Source of the DNA: Octopus sinensis
Lineage: Eukaryota
Assembly (NCBI RefSeq): GCF_006345805.1
Contig: NC_042997.1
Span: forward strand, 153,574,001-153,638,000
Length of the DNA stretch: 64,000 bases
Direction of reading: 5' to 3'
Positions 51,371 through 64,000 of this stretch are shown in pieces. The position numbers and the translations under genes are program-made. Numbering within the stretch: the first letter of the stretch is position 1; the number at the start of each line of letters is the position of its first letter. The notes under the pieces were generated by a model, which was not told where the DNA came from, made no database searches, and worked only from the letters and a program-made list of their open reading frames with translations.

Positions 51371-51484
51371 ATATATATAAGCATGACTGTGTGAAGAAGT
51401 TTGCTTCGAAACAATGTGGTGTCGAGTTCAGTCTCAATGAGCAGCACCTTGGTCAAGTATTTTCAACTAAAAGCCTTAAAAACT

Positions 51485-51666
51485 ATGAGTCGCCACCCAC
51501 AGATGGGTCGCGAACGGAATCTTAGTGGGTCGCAAAAAGTTATAAAATTACGCATTAGCTTTGATTAACTGATGTCTATCGAGATAGTTCAAGACTTATA
51601 AGTGGGTCGTCATAAACTGGTGTGATAAATAGTGGGTCGCGACTCCAAAAAGTTTGGAAACCACTG
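51485..51666 (+). mobile_element. hAT/Charlie-like MITE fragment
   Basis: Repeated tgggtcgc subterminal motifs and a terminus aaaaagtttggaaaccactg, typical of hAT MITE ends. Confidence 0.65.
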
Positions 51667-51672
51667 CCTTAA

Positions 51673-51892
51673 CCCTTTAGTGTTTAAACCGGCCATATCT
51701 GGCCCAGATATTCTACATGTTTTACATTCAAACGGGCGATATCTAGCCTCTCACACCTAACCTACATTGATATTCTAAAAACAAACAATCACATCATTGA
51801 AACCTCAAAGCTATAAGATAATGTATGATTAATTCAAAACAATTTGAGTGAAAAATTATTACATTTAACAGAGTAATCTGAACACTGAAGGG
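51673..51892. mobile_element. piggyBac-like MITE (220 bp) with TTAA target-site duplication
   Basis: TTAA|ccctttagtgttt...gaacactgaaggg|TTAA; ~13-bp TIRs. Confidence 0.85.
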
Positions 51893-52565
51893 TTAATGAC
51901 TTGAGAATCAATTTGGTAGACGAAAACTTGGTGTGAGTCCGTTCCATATGTGCGTATGTGCGTGCATCTGTCTCTGTATTTGTGTTTGTTTCTCACCGCT
52001 TGCAACCGACCTTGCTATGTTTATTCCTATATCTTAGAAGTTCTACAAAAGGGACGGATAGGATTAATGACAAATTTAAATTAAGTACTGGAGTCGATTT
52101 AACGCGATGCCCCAGCATGGCTGCAGTCTATGAATAAACAAGTAAATAAATAAAATAATGTATGTATATGAGAACAGTGTGTGTGTGTGTGTGTGTGTTG
52201 TGTGTGTGTGTGTGTGTATCTTGAACAAAAGTTTATAATTTGTCTTCATTATTCTCTTTCTTTTTTTTCTTTTCAGATCTACAAAACATTGCCTGCCGGC
52301 AGATTAATTAGCAACATATTTATTGGATAATGGTTCTAGTTTGATATATCCATTGTTTTTTGATATGATGTTACACCTCATTAATTCTGGGTCGTGACAA
52401 CGTTTTCTTCTTGTTTGTATGGTTTTTCTTTCTTTTCTTCCTTTTTCGTGTTTCTTACTTTTGTTCAAACATTCGATCTTTGCCATAAATTAAGTTCGTC
52501 TTTGATAGTCCAATCTAACGGTATATTTCAATTTTTCTTTCTTTTCCTGTCTCTCTTTTTCTTCC

Positions 52566-52675
<110 letters not shown>

Positions 52676-53024
52676 TAATATTTCATACACACAATAGTGT
52701 ATGACATTTTACTAATATTTTCTACTGTATAGTGGATCAAAAGACGTTAGATGTCCAGACCGAAGAACAACTCAGTGACAGTGATTAGTGTTAGATTGTC
52801 ACGTCTTTTCTACCAAGAGGCCGATGTATTATCGATTCGTCCCGTTCAGTTATTTTTTGCTGACTAAGATTCTCTCGTATAACAAGCATCGGTATCATAG
52901 ATGTTTGCCAATTTTTAAATCTGTGATTAATCATTGCAGAAACATATTTCATCGTTTAACAATTTTGTAACATACATCAGTTCAAATACACTTACTTTCG
53001 AAATCAGTTAATATTGATTTGAAA

Positions 53025-53420
53025 TTTTGGCACAAGGCCAACTATTTCGAGGGAAGGTACGCCGGTTACATCGACACCAGTACTCAACTGGTACTTATTT
53101 TTTCGACTCCGAAAGGATGAAAGACAAAATTAACCTTGGCGGAATTTGAACTCAGAACAAGAAGACGTGCGAAATGACTATAAATATTTTGCTTGCGTGC
53201 TAGCGATTGTGCCAGCTCGCAGCCTTATTGTTTAAATCAATATTCTTTCTATTACGAGCACAAGACCTGAAATTCTGGGGAAGATATACTTGATCACATT
53301 AACCCCAGTGCTCAATTGTTAATTATTTTATCGACTCCGAAAGGATAAAAGGCAAAGTCGAGCTCGGTGGAATTTGAATTCACACCGTGAAAGAACCATA
53401 AAAATGCCGCAATGCTAATG
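53025..53420 (-). mobile_element. Two adjacent SINE family 2 copies
   Basis: cgactccgaaaggat...ggcggaatttgaactc and cgactccgaaaggataaaaggcaaagtcgagctcggtggaatttgaattc are reverse complements of the 54021 type. Confidence 0.8.
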
Positions 53421-54020
53421 ATTCTGAAGAATTTTTTTTTAATATATCTCATTATTAAGCTAGTGTTGGAAATATAAATTAACATAACATGCTGTTGGAA
53501 GGTTACAGTTTAGACCAACAACAAAAGAGGGGATTTTTATCATAGAACTAGAGTCGTTTCAGGTGGGTCGGTATCACAAGGGTTAAGTTAGAAATTGACT
53601 AATTCATAATTTTATATTGACATAGCTTTCAATATTCTCGTGCGCGATGAAATCTGTAGCGTTAATTAATTAATTAACTAGACACTGAAGAATTAAAATC
53701 AGACAGAGACGAATGTGACAGCAATTTTTGATATCAAATTATAAAACCCAATCAGATAAACTTTTCAGTAATTTCAAGAGTGTGTTATAGGAATAAAATT
53801 TACATTAAATAATAGTTTGGTTAGTTATTAAATCACTAGAAAGGACTGTTCAGGCAAGTGGTGTTCAAAACCGACATCGAATACTCTCCTCTTACAAGAT
53901 TAACTGATATCTATCATAAAGATAAATACGTATGCGTATTTGTGTGTATGTATGTGTGTGTGTGTGTGTTTTCACGTGAACACATGTTGAAGGAGCACAG
54001 TATGTATGAAAGGTTAAGAA

Positions 54021-54255
54021 GGCGGCGAGCTGGCAAAAACGTTAGCACGCCGGGCGAAATGCTTAGCGGTATTTCGTCTGCCATTACATTGTGAGTTCAA
54101 ATTCCGCCGAGGTCGACTTTGCCTTTCATTCTTTCGGGGTCGATAAATTAAGTACCAGTTACGCACTGGGGTCGATGTAATCGACTTAATACCTATGTTT
54201 GTCCTTGTTTGTCCCCTCTGTGTTTAGCCCCTTGTGGGTAATAAAGAAATAGGTT
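54021..54255 (+). mobile_element. SINE family 2, well preserved
   Basis: ggcggcgagctggca..gttagcacgccgggcgaaatgcttagcgg...gagttcaaattccgccgaggtcgactttgcc...actggggtcgatgtaatcgac. A close copy lies at 62567-62765. Confidence 0.9.
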
Positions 54256-54575
54256 AAGAAGATCGCTTTGAAGCTGTGAGGCCCTTGTTTCGATCCTACT
54301 GCTTGAAATATTATGCAAAAATCATTTTCTATAGCCTCAGATTGACATATACCTTGCGAGTGAATCGGGTAGAAACTGTACAAAAGTCTTTCAGCTGAAC
54401 TGAGCTGTAATTCAGAAGATGCAACCATGTCACACACTGCGTCACGCTGATTGTCTCTGAAAATTTCGTCAAGAATACGCGTATATGATAAATGTTCAGA
54501 CACTTACACGTAAATTCAGCAGTTAATTCAAAGATCGAACAACTGAAACCTTATCGTCCAACAGCGAAGATTCAC

Positions 54576-54632
<57 letters not shown>

Positions 54633-55740
54633 CATTAGCCAGTCGTCAAACGGAATCAAGCTCATTAATTTTACAAGTCCTCCGAGGTTGACGAAATCGT
54701 TATAGCTGACATTAAAAATGAACATCTGGGTGGGTCGAGATCAAAATGGGTAACTTTAATAGGAAAAGAATTTCATAGGCTTACTGTTCGAGTAGGAGAA
54801 AAAACACTAATGAGAGACAAATGAGTCGAATCAGTCGGTTGGGCCTGAGTGATAGCGTATGGTATATATTGGTTCAAATTAGTAGTGATAGCTGTAGTAG
54901 CGGTGAAAATAACAGTAGAAGAGGCTGAGTGTAGAAACAGCATGGTATGAACCTTAATCCGTATTTGTACCACGGTGACGAATCTTTGGCAATCAGTTAA
55001 ATGATCTTGAATATAGTGTGGACATTTTTGTACGTGTAATGCCGTCTCAGAGATGTGAACAGGACTTCAAAGTCTGGCAAAATTTAGCTTCGTAAAATGT
55101 CAACAGATGATCAGAGCTGAACAATTCTCTGACTCCGAAAAGAAAGCTTAGACTTTCAGTTGCAGTTTTCATTGTGTTATTATACTTTAGGGATTCTGAA
55201 ACCTAAAGTTTATAGCACATTTGAGAGATTTAGATACATATTGTATGTGTATAAAGAGTGAGGAGCAAGACTGTTTCCATCAAGTGTAATGTGTGTGTCT
55301 TAATGAAGGCTTTTAAAGAAGACAAATTTGTAATGATAGTAGCATAGTGCACTGCTTGATGTGAATGGAAAGGAAACTGTTGGAACCGGTTGCCTTGTTA
55401 AATTGAAGTGAGCATGATAAAGTTTTCACACTTGGCGACTGTGAGGACAAGATGGCCAGGCGTGTGAGTAGAGCAAAAGAGTTTTACAGGATTATTAATG
55501 CTCGGATTGGTATTATGCTGAGAAATTACTGTTTATCACCTCTTGTCCACTGAATATATCCATATCTGTCGAAATACGAACACAAGAAAGCTAAATCGGG
55601 TTTAATAGCATATAGTTAGAGGAATATAAATGTATGTAGAGAGTATACATGACTGCACTTATGTAAAACTTCCCTGCATATATGCAGTAAAACATTTTAG
55701 TGCTTTGGTGCATGAAACGTGCATGTTCCCTGTCTCATAT

Positions 55741-55816
<76 letters not shown>

Positions 55817-55922
55817 GGAGGGAGGGAGACGGAGAAATTCATAGCTATGCACGCACACACATATATTATATATGCATATATGTGTGGTAATAGGAACGTA
55901 CACGTTTACGCATTTTTATGAA

Positions 55923-55985
<63 letters not shown>

Positions 55986-56091
55986 CATAGAAGCGCACAT
56001 ATATTTGAGCGAGAGAAAGATTGAGAGGATGCAGACAATATTAAATATGATATAATAGTTATGTAATATGTTTTTTTTTCCTTTCTTATAG

Positions 56092-56230
56092 AAGATTAGC
56101 GAAATCGACATTGGTATTAATTCCTTTGTTTGGCATCCATTATATAGTATTTGGTGGAATACCTGATAGCTTGGATACAAAGACTGAGTTGGTTAAACTA
56201 TACTTCGACATGTTTTTCAATTCTTTACAG
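56092..56230 (+). CDS. Class B1 GPCR exon: TM6-ECL3-first part of TM7
   Basis: ttttttcctttcttatAG|a aga...tta cag|GTGAGT. Translates [46 protein letters not shown], with KSTLxLxPLFG and NSxQ(G) motifs. 139 nt, phase 2 to 0. Confidence 0.97.
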
Positions 56231-57298
56231 GTGAGTAATCGATATATAATATTATTTCATTGGTGACAGTTAGTCTGAAATATCATATGTTATAATCATA
56301 CGGTGTTATAATCAGATAATTTCATATTTTATGGTTACAGAGACTCGGTTTAATACAGCACAGGCAAAATATTTGTTCTAATAAATATCCACTTGCATAT
56401 TATACTTGATATACATTAAATTAACATGATTACGTGTTGTATGTAACTGTGTCTAAGCTTCGTATTCACTTCTCAATGAACATCGAGAGTCGAAACTGTC
56501 TTTGAGTGTAACTCGACACTGAACATTATTAAACATTCTGATATATTTTGAGATTTGGTGAAAGACTGTTTTCTCTTATCTTTATGTTTTTTGTATTTTT
56601 TAATATCGCATTACGTAAATAATAGTTAAATATTAAAAGTAATTATTTCATTTTTCCTTTTATTTTGCTTGTCTCGGTCATTATACTGAGGCCATCCTGG
56701 GGTACTGCCTTCAAGAATCTTAGAGAATTATATTGACCCCAAGTCTTAGTCAGGAACCCATTTCATCGATCCTTATTTATTGGATGACTAAATTTGGTCT
56801 AATTAAAGTGCTGCCTCCATTAGATATTTAAACCAATTTACACCAGTATATACGAACGAAAACCAGTACACACAAACACGTGTGTGTGTATGCGTCTTAT
56901 GTGTCTATGTATGTATATACCACTAATAACTCGATTTGGCGCAATGACATTAGATTTGGGTGTATTTGAATTGGAGGATGAAGAGGAATAAATAGAATGA
57001 CAAAAGAAAATTAAGGAACAAATCATTGGAACAATTTAATACATGTGTCCGATGTTAGCAAACTGGGGGGAATTAATGTCAGAGATTTTAATTTACCTTA
57101 GTTTACTAATTTGGACACGTGTAAATCTCTTCAACATTTTCCTTAATATTTCCCTCCTTTGCTTGTTACAATCCTTGGATTACGACCATGCTGGAGCACC
57201 ACAATGAAGGCTTTTAATTATAACTTCAGTATTTAAGATAGACATGCAAACATGTAAATATACATACATGTATATGCATGCATATATGTATATATATA

Positions 57299-57363
<65 letters not shown>

Positions 57364-57555
57364 CGGAAAAGTTTAACAGATATACGAGTGTGTATGTGGG
57401 CGTGCATATGTTGACAATGCCGTTCGAAGTCACTATCTTTCTAATATGAAATACGTACTCTGCTAAGAATTAGTGTGAGACTTCATATTCATATTCATTT
57501 GTTCAATACATAACTCCACATTAAAACAAACATTAATACACAAACGCACGCGCAC

Positions 57556-57588
<33 letters not shown>

Positions 57589-58443
57589 GCAGAGTGAGAG
57601 GGGTGGGAGGAAGATTTGAACGACTATCACATAGAATATTTTTATAAATTTCAGTGGCCTTATTTTTTCCTTACATTAAGTTCTTTATTCTCATGTCTTA
57701 GTCGGCTTGGCTACATGAACCAGTCATTGCATGTGTGTGTGTGTACGTTAATTTTATGTTGAACGAATGAGAGGAGAGTAACAAACGCATATTGAAAACA
57801 CACCCCCATCACCAACACGCCAAAGATCCAGAACAAATTAATAACATATCCTTCCACTTGAAATTATAAGAAATACAAATACCACATCACAAAAAAAAAG
57901 ACAGCATAAACAACCAAAGTATAGGTCAGAAAAACCTACCCAATCAATAAACATGAGCGAAAAGCAAATCAATGAGCAAACACAAGTACTAGGCCACACG
58001 ACACCGATACTGATTTGTAATAGTTCTCACCTGAAGATCGCAATGACAAGAAACTCTAGTCACGAAATAAATTCAGATTCAACCAAGAAAAAACAGATAT
58101 GTGTGTATGTGGGGGGGGGTATATGCAAGTGTGTGTATATTATGTGTGTGTGGGTGGATAACCCTGATAGAATGATGACAAACGACGTATCTTGGTTAAT
58201 TTTAAAACTGCAGAATCCATCCCTCTCGAGATCTGACCTTAATCCCTTTCCACCTGAGAGAGAGAGAGTGGAGAGAGAAGAATCGTCCCAAATATAGGCA
58301 CTTTATTTATAGACCCTAAAAGCATGAAGAGAAAAGTTGATTTTGGCGGGATTTGAGCTGAGAGTGTAGAAAGACAAGTCGAAACGAATATTACGATTCT
58401 TGTACCGTACAGGCTGACGCCTCATACCCCCTCACACATACAC

Positions 58444-58532
<89 letters not shown>

Positions 58533-59412
58533 CAGGTAAGTAGGTAGGTAGGTAGGTAGGTAGATTTGATTGATTGAGTGAGTGAGTGAGTGAGTGAGTG
58601 AGTGAGTGAGTGAGTGAGTGAGTGAGTGATTGATTGATCGATTGATTGATTGATTGATTGATTTTGATTGTATGGAAAGCGTATAGCTCTCTGGCATGGC
58701 TCTGTATACAGTCCATGTTTCACTGTCAAGTTTCAATTCCAGTTCTGTCAGTAGTGCAGGACTTGTGATGCTGACACTGATGTCATATATAACGTTGGCC
58801 TTTGCAATCACGACAGCCATCTCACCAACAAGGGATCGCAAACATATTATCTGTTCATTTTTCCTGTCATTCCATCTATTTATTGTATACAGTGTCCACA
58901 AAGACACACCTGATTCACCCAAATCTCCCGCTTCCGTTTCTCTAGCGCATCATATGAATACCCATTAACTACATTTATTTACCTATGCTGCTACTCCTTA
59001 TCACTTTTACCAATATTCTATTTCCGTCTGCAAATTCCCTCCTTATACGCGTATTTCCTACAGACTTAGAGTTACTGATGCTTAAGCTGATCGTTCTCCA
59101 CTTCCCTGATTAAATGTTACAATGAACTGAGGAACGGTGAGTGGAAGTGACGTCTCAATTATCGTCAAGCTATTCCTTGCTGTTTTTATATATGTGTATA
59201 CATTATATATTTGTATATATAAATATATATATACGGTTTAAGTAATTGAGATTCAAGTGAATTCTAATGAATTCACATGAATATGGTCCTTAACTAGGAT
59301 GCACCAGAAATCTATATGGTGTTAACCATACGACAAGTGGGGTGATTACAAATAGGAAAAAAGCAACAAGAATGGATTAAAATCTCGGTACAATTGTTTC
59401 GTACGAGGACAT

Positions 59413-59465
<53 letters not shown>

Positions 59466-59508
59466 CGCATATGTGTTTATGCGTATATATTACATGTCTG
59501 CGTGTGTA

Positions 59509-59540
<32 letters not shown>

Positions 59541-59547
59541 ATATATA

Positions 59548-59579
<32 letters not shown>

Positions 59580-59585
<6 letters not shown>

Positions 59586-59950
59586 TTGTTTCAGTCATTA
59601 GTCTGCGGCCATACTGGAGCACCGCTTTGAAGTATTTAGTCAAAGAGATCGATCCCAATACTTACTATTACCTTTTTTAGCCTGGTACTTATTCCATCGG
59701 TCTCTTTAACCGAACCGCTTGGTTACGGACACGTAAGCAAACAACCACCAGTTATCAAGGGATGGTAGGGGGCAAACACCATCACAAAGACAGTTTTCCT
59801 TTCAATTTTTATCTACCAAATAATTCACAAGTCTTTTGTCGACCCGGGTATATAGTAGATGACACTTGCCCAAGATGCCATACTGTAGGACCTAACCTGG
59901 AACCATTGGTTGAAAACCAAATACTTTGCTATAAAGCCATGCCAGCGTTG
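59580..59950 (-). mobile_element. SINE family 1
   Basis: tttcagtcattagtctgcggccatactggagcaccgc...ccgaaccgct...gacacttgcccaagatgcc. Confidence 0.85.
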
Positions 59951-60554
59951 TATATATAGATATACATACATCCTCATTTATATGTATGTGTGTGCATGCG
60001 TCAATATGTGTATTTGAGGATATGCGCGCGTGTACAGAGTGAGAGAGTGAGTGAGTGAGTGAGTGAATGAGAGAGAGAGAGAGAGTTAAGTTTGTTAAGA
60101 AAAAATCGTTTATTTTAACTTGAATTCACATCAATTTTCAAATTGCTAGGTATTAAACATTATTAATATCCACTTATTTCGAATAACATCTCAATTCCAT
60201 CCAATAATGATTCCGTGTCATAAATTATAATATCATATTATTATGCCCTGACATACACTGAATTAGATTATATATCGCTGCATTGTAATGTATAGCTAAG
60301 CTAATATCAGTACATCATGCATATATATTTTATATGCGTGTATGTGTATGTATGTATGTCATTGTTCAATTTTATTTCAAAACTTCTTGCCAATAGAGAA
60401 AGAGCCGGTTTCTAACCTAGATTCAAGGCTCCTTCGTTGGAATTTCAACATCAACAAGGTATTTTCGTTTGTATGTATGCATGCATGTATGTATGTATGT
60501 ATGTATGTATGTATGTATGTATGTATGTATGTATGTATGTATGTATGTGTGTAT

Positions 60555-60649
60555 GTATGTATATGTTCAGATTTGTATGTTTTGTTTTATGTGTATATTC
60601 TCATGCATATAGTTGCATATCTAAACACGCTTATATGTATGTATGTATG

Positions 60650-60683
<34 letters not shown>

Positions 60684-60915
60684 TGTATGTATATGTTCAG
60701 ATTTGTATGTTTTGTTTTATGTGTATATTCTCATGCATATAGTTGCATATCTAAACACGCTTATATGTATGTATGTATGTATGTATGTATATATGTATGT
60801 ATGTATGTATGTAGTATGTATGTATGTATGTATGTATATGTTCAGATTTGTATGTTTTGTTTTATGTGTATATTCTCATGCATATAGTTGCATATCTAAA
60901 CACGCTTATATGTAT
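60555..60915. repeat. Three identical ~75-bp cores separated by (ATGT)n spacers
   Basis: atatgttcagatttgtatgttttg...ctaaacacgcttatatg at about 60561, 60691 and 60836. Confidence 0.93.
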
Positions 60916-61999
60916 GTATGTATGTTGTATGTATGTATGTTGTATGTATGTATGTATGTATGTATGTATGTATGTATGTATGTATGTATGCATGTATTAT
61001 GTATGTATTACCAGTACCCGACGTTATTCGAGTGTTGAATATGTAGAAGCAACAGTATCTTTCAATGAGGTTTAGTGGTAAAGGTAACACCGGCAAGAGC
61101 CGTGATGGATACGGTATGTCTTTTTGTCACGCTGTCTTGGTAGCTATGCCAAGTTACTGAGAATTGGATGACGAACTGGAACACAAAAAAATAGCAGAGT
61201 GACACCTCATCTTATAAGAGTACTAAAGACTGCAGCATCTTCCATGTTATCATTCCAGCTTCCAGCCTCCAACAGGTATCTCCTCTACAAAGCTTCGCGG
61301 AATGTTGCATAAAGAAAATTTTGAGATCTTAGAATGAAGTTTGACGTGAATGCTGCAGAGGAGATGTCTGGGATTTAATTAGACTATTAAAATCCTTCAT
61401 TTAAAAATCGTATCTAATATAAAAGCGGAAAAGCTGAAATTTCGCATGTAGTTCCTCATTTAAATGTCCTTTACGGCTGTTTCAATGGCATAAGCATCAT
61501 TATTTTTATATAATTACCTAAATAAATTTCCAAATTAATACATGTTGCGCTTCATACACTCCATTGGTTCACAGCCAGCAATTGTAGCTAAAAGGTAAAA
61601 TAAATAGTACAAGTATGTTAGAAATAATCTGTCTGGTAATTATATTAAGAGTAATATCAAGTAAAGTTATCTGTCAATCATGATATCAGATACTGCAAAA
61701 ATAGCTCTGAGCAAATTATGTTATCCATTTCTTTGGGAGAGAAAAAATTTATGTAGAGGACAATGAACTGCTGTTATTCTAAATATCGTATTCTCAACGA
61801 TCGTTTCAGCTAATTCTGTATATAATAAAAGTTTGTTCCACAAGGATTTACTGCATTGTACAGCGTATTGGGATTGAGCTCTTAATTACTGTGGATATAT
61901 TTTCATGTTTATACATCAATTCTACACATAGATTTAAATATGTCTTCAAAAGTTAATATAGGATTTCAAATGCCACAGTTGATGAAAAATTATATGTCT

Positions 62000-62400
62000 T
62001 TATTTTTTACTTGTCTCAGTCATTTAACTGCGGCCATAATGAGGCAATGGCTTGAAATTTTAGTCGAATGTATCGACCCCAGTACTCATTTGTTAAAAGC
62101 CTGATACTTATTCTATCGATCTATTTGCCGAACCGCTATGCTAAAGGGACGTAAACACACCAACACCGGTTGTCAAGCGGTGGTGGGAGCACAAGCACAG
62201 ACACAAAGATACACTCACATTGATACATACATATACATATTTACGACGGACTTCTCTCAGTTTCCGTCTACCAAATCCACTCACAAGGAGCTATAGTAGA
62301 AGACACTTGTTCAAGGTGCCACGTGGTGGAACTGAATCCGGAATCATTTGAATCATTTGGTTGGGAAGCAAGCGTCTTACCATACAGCCGCGCCTGCGCC
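62000..62400 (-). mobile_element. Full-length SINE family 1
   Basis: Reverse complement of the 27115 type, including tail, core and tRNA-like head. Confidence 0.9.
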
Positions 62401-62566
62401 TACATTATTCGAAAGGAAAAATTTTCGTTGTTCGGATTTAAATTTATATAGATCAACATACATAGAAATCATGCTTACTTATATCGCTCTAACAGTATTT
62501 GTAACAAAACCGAAAAATAGTTATATTTTACACAATATATTTTGACATGATATTCAGAAATGTTAG

Positions 62567-62765
62567 ACGGCGAGCTGGCAGAATCGTTAGGCGAAAGGCT
62601 TCGCAGTGTTTCGTCTGCCGTCACGTTCGGAGTTCGAATTCTGCCGTGGTCGACTTTCCCTTTCATCTTTTCGGGGTCGATTAATTAACTACCAGTTACG
62701 CACTGGGGTCGATGTAATCGACTTAATCCCTTTACCTGTCCTTGTTTGTCCCCTCTATGTTTAGA
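62567..62765 (+). mobile_element. SINE family 2
   Basis: Matches 54021-54230. Confidence 0.88.
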
Positions 62766-63390
62766 TATTCAGAAATATATATATTTTTTTTCATTTAAAA
62801 AATCTGATCTTCGAAACCCTAGTACGCAGTTTTAAATACCAAGGAAGATAGAAATAATTCATTCTTTCATTATTTCAGGAGTTATGCACTATTTATGTGA
62901 CAGTTTCCTTTAATAAATTTGAAATATATTCAAACAATATAAAAATTAATAGCCCGATTTAGCAACCCATAAAATGTTTGAAGTATATACGAATATGAAT
63001 TAAAAACAATGAAAGAATAAATTATATTTTATTTTCCATCGTACTTGAAACCATACATACAAGTTTTAATGAGGAATTTTAATAAACTCAACATTTCAGC
63101 GTTCGGTCTATGTATGTTTGATTTATATGAGACGTGGGAGAAAGTATATGTGAGTGATTGACCGAGAGAGGGGTTAAAGATAGATGGTTAAAGAAGTGAT
63201 AAGCTGACAGCGTTTCTATACTCTTGTTCAATGACTACATCATTATAACATTCAGTCTATCTCTCTCCTATATATATTGGCCTGCTCGCTTAGCTAGGGA
63301 TGGCGCCATTTGAAGGCTAAAACAATGCGAAGCGCATTGTGACCAGCGATGTGTAGCAACAATCTGATAGCCTGGTCGGTCACGGTGTTG

Positions 63391-63442
<52 letters not shown>

Positions 63443-63514
63443 GTTTTATATAAATATTTTAATTTTTTTATTTATGCGTTTCAGCCAAGTGGCTGCGGTA
63501 GTGCTGGAGCACCA

Positions 63515-64000
63515 CCATGACTTTCCTTCCTTATGCTTAGCTCCCAGCACGTTCCTTGCATGGCTCTTCTCCGCCACCTGATGTAGTCCAATCAACACTT
63601 TCGATGGCACATCTGGTGTATAAGAGAATTTGACATCGTGCCCTCAACTGTGTCTCATTTCGAGCCATCGGTTCGTCTGGTATCATGGATAGGAAAGTGT
63701 CGAGTTTTGTTTTGAAGACCTCTACATCCATGTCTTGCAGGTCTCTCAATTGTTTTAGCAGGGCATTAAAGAGCTGAGGTCCTCTGAAACCGAGGCTGTT
63801 GCAGCACCTTGTTCTTACGTGAGATGCAGTGGACGGTACCCTTGGTACTATGCAGTGGCGACCTCTGCGGGCATTCGTGTAGTACTTGATGACAAAGTTT
63901 GGTACCAGTCCTTCCAGTATTTTCCATATGTAAATTATTACATATCTCTCCCGCCTGCGCTCCGGGGAGTAGAGACTTAGTGCCTTCAGTCGCTCCCTGT
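63515..64000 (-). mobile_element. 3' end of CR1-type LINE (same family as 38790-40745), runs off the window
   Basis: Reads ERLKALSLYSPERRRERYVIIYIWKILEGLVPNF...CNSLGFRGPQLFN...FKTKLDTFLSMIPDEP. Confidence 0.92.

Larger units (their letters stand above)
51380..52150 (+). mobile_element. SINE family 1 interrupted by two DNA-transposon MITEs
   Basis: Head at about 51380-51475. The body resumes at about 51900 (tttggtagacgaaaac) and runs to the tail ccccagcatggctgcagtc. Confidence 0.75.

Noticed and set aside
55390-55550. DKVFTLGD...ARIGI as an RTE-type RT fragment
   Set aside because: Similarity is too weak to support without an alignment search.
58696-58968. Hydrophobic ORF AGLVMLTLMSYITLAFAI downstream of the TM6 exon
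   Set aside because: It does not match TM7 or helix 8 motifs, and the splice phase does not fit.
60555-60915. Repeat-spacer pattern as a CRISPR-like array
   Set aside because: The context is a eukaryotic intron, the spacers are (ATGT)n microsatellite, and there are no cas genes.
61455-61495. VLYGCFNGI as a candidate for the missing TM7 exon (G..VA.L.CF.N.E)
   Set aside because: Motif spacing is wrong and there is no phase 0 acceptor before a Gly codon or suitable donor. The exon is probably beyond the window.

Overview
This is AT-rich, microsatellite- and SINE-laden animal genomic DNA. Its repeat families look like those of a cephalopod (Octopus-like); this is inference. The window lies inside one large + strand gene that the ORF track misses because its exons are short. 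Six GT-AG exons (3159-3324, 10695-10851, 17797-17857, 20782-20851, 44200-44285, 56092-56230) splice in consistent phase. They encode TM2 to mid-TM7 of a class B1 (secretin-family) GPCR, most similar to invertebrate parathyroid-hormone-receptor-like proteins. The ectodomain/TM1 and end-TM7/C-tail exons were not found in the window. The introns hold tRNA-derived SINEs, CR1-type LINE pieces, a Tx1/L1-type 5' half, a probable CRE-type relic, several Penelope-like elements (PLEs), Tigger, mariner and DD37D relics, and MITE/foldback elements. The most striking signal is a set of at least four sequence families of type I hammerhead ribozymes. They have canonical CUGANGA, U3-A8 compensated UUGANAA, or U4C CCGANGA cores. 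They sit in self-inverted, (TA)n-embedded mini-elements and in PLE inverted termini, so copies lie on both strands of the GPCR pre-mRNA. All family assignments come from motif recognition by eye; no searches were run.
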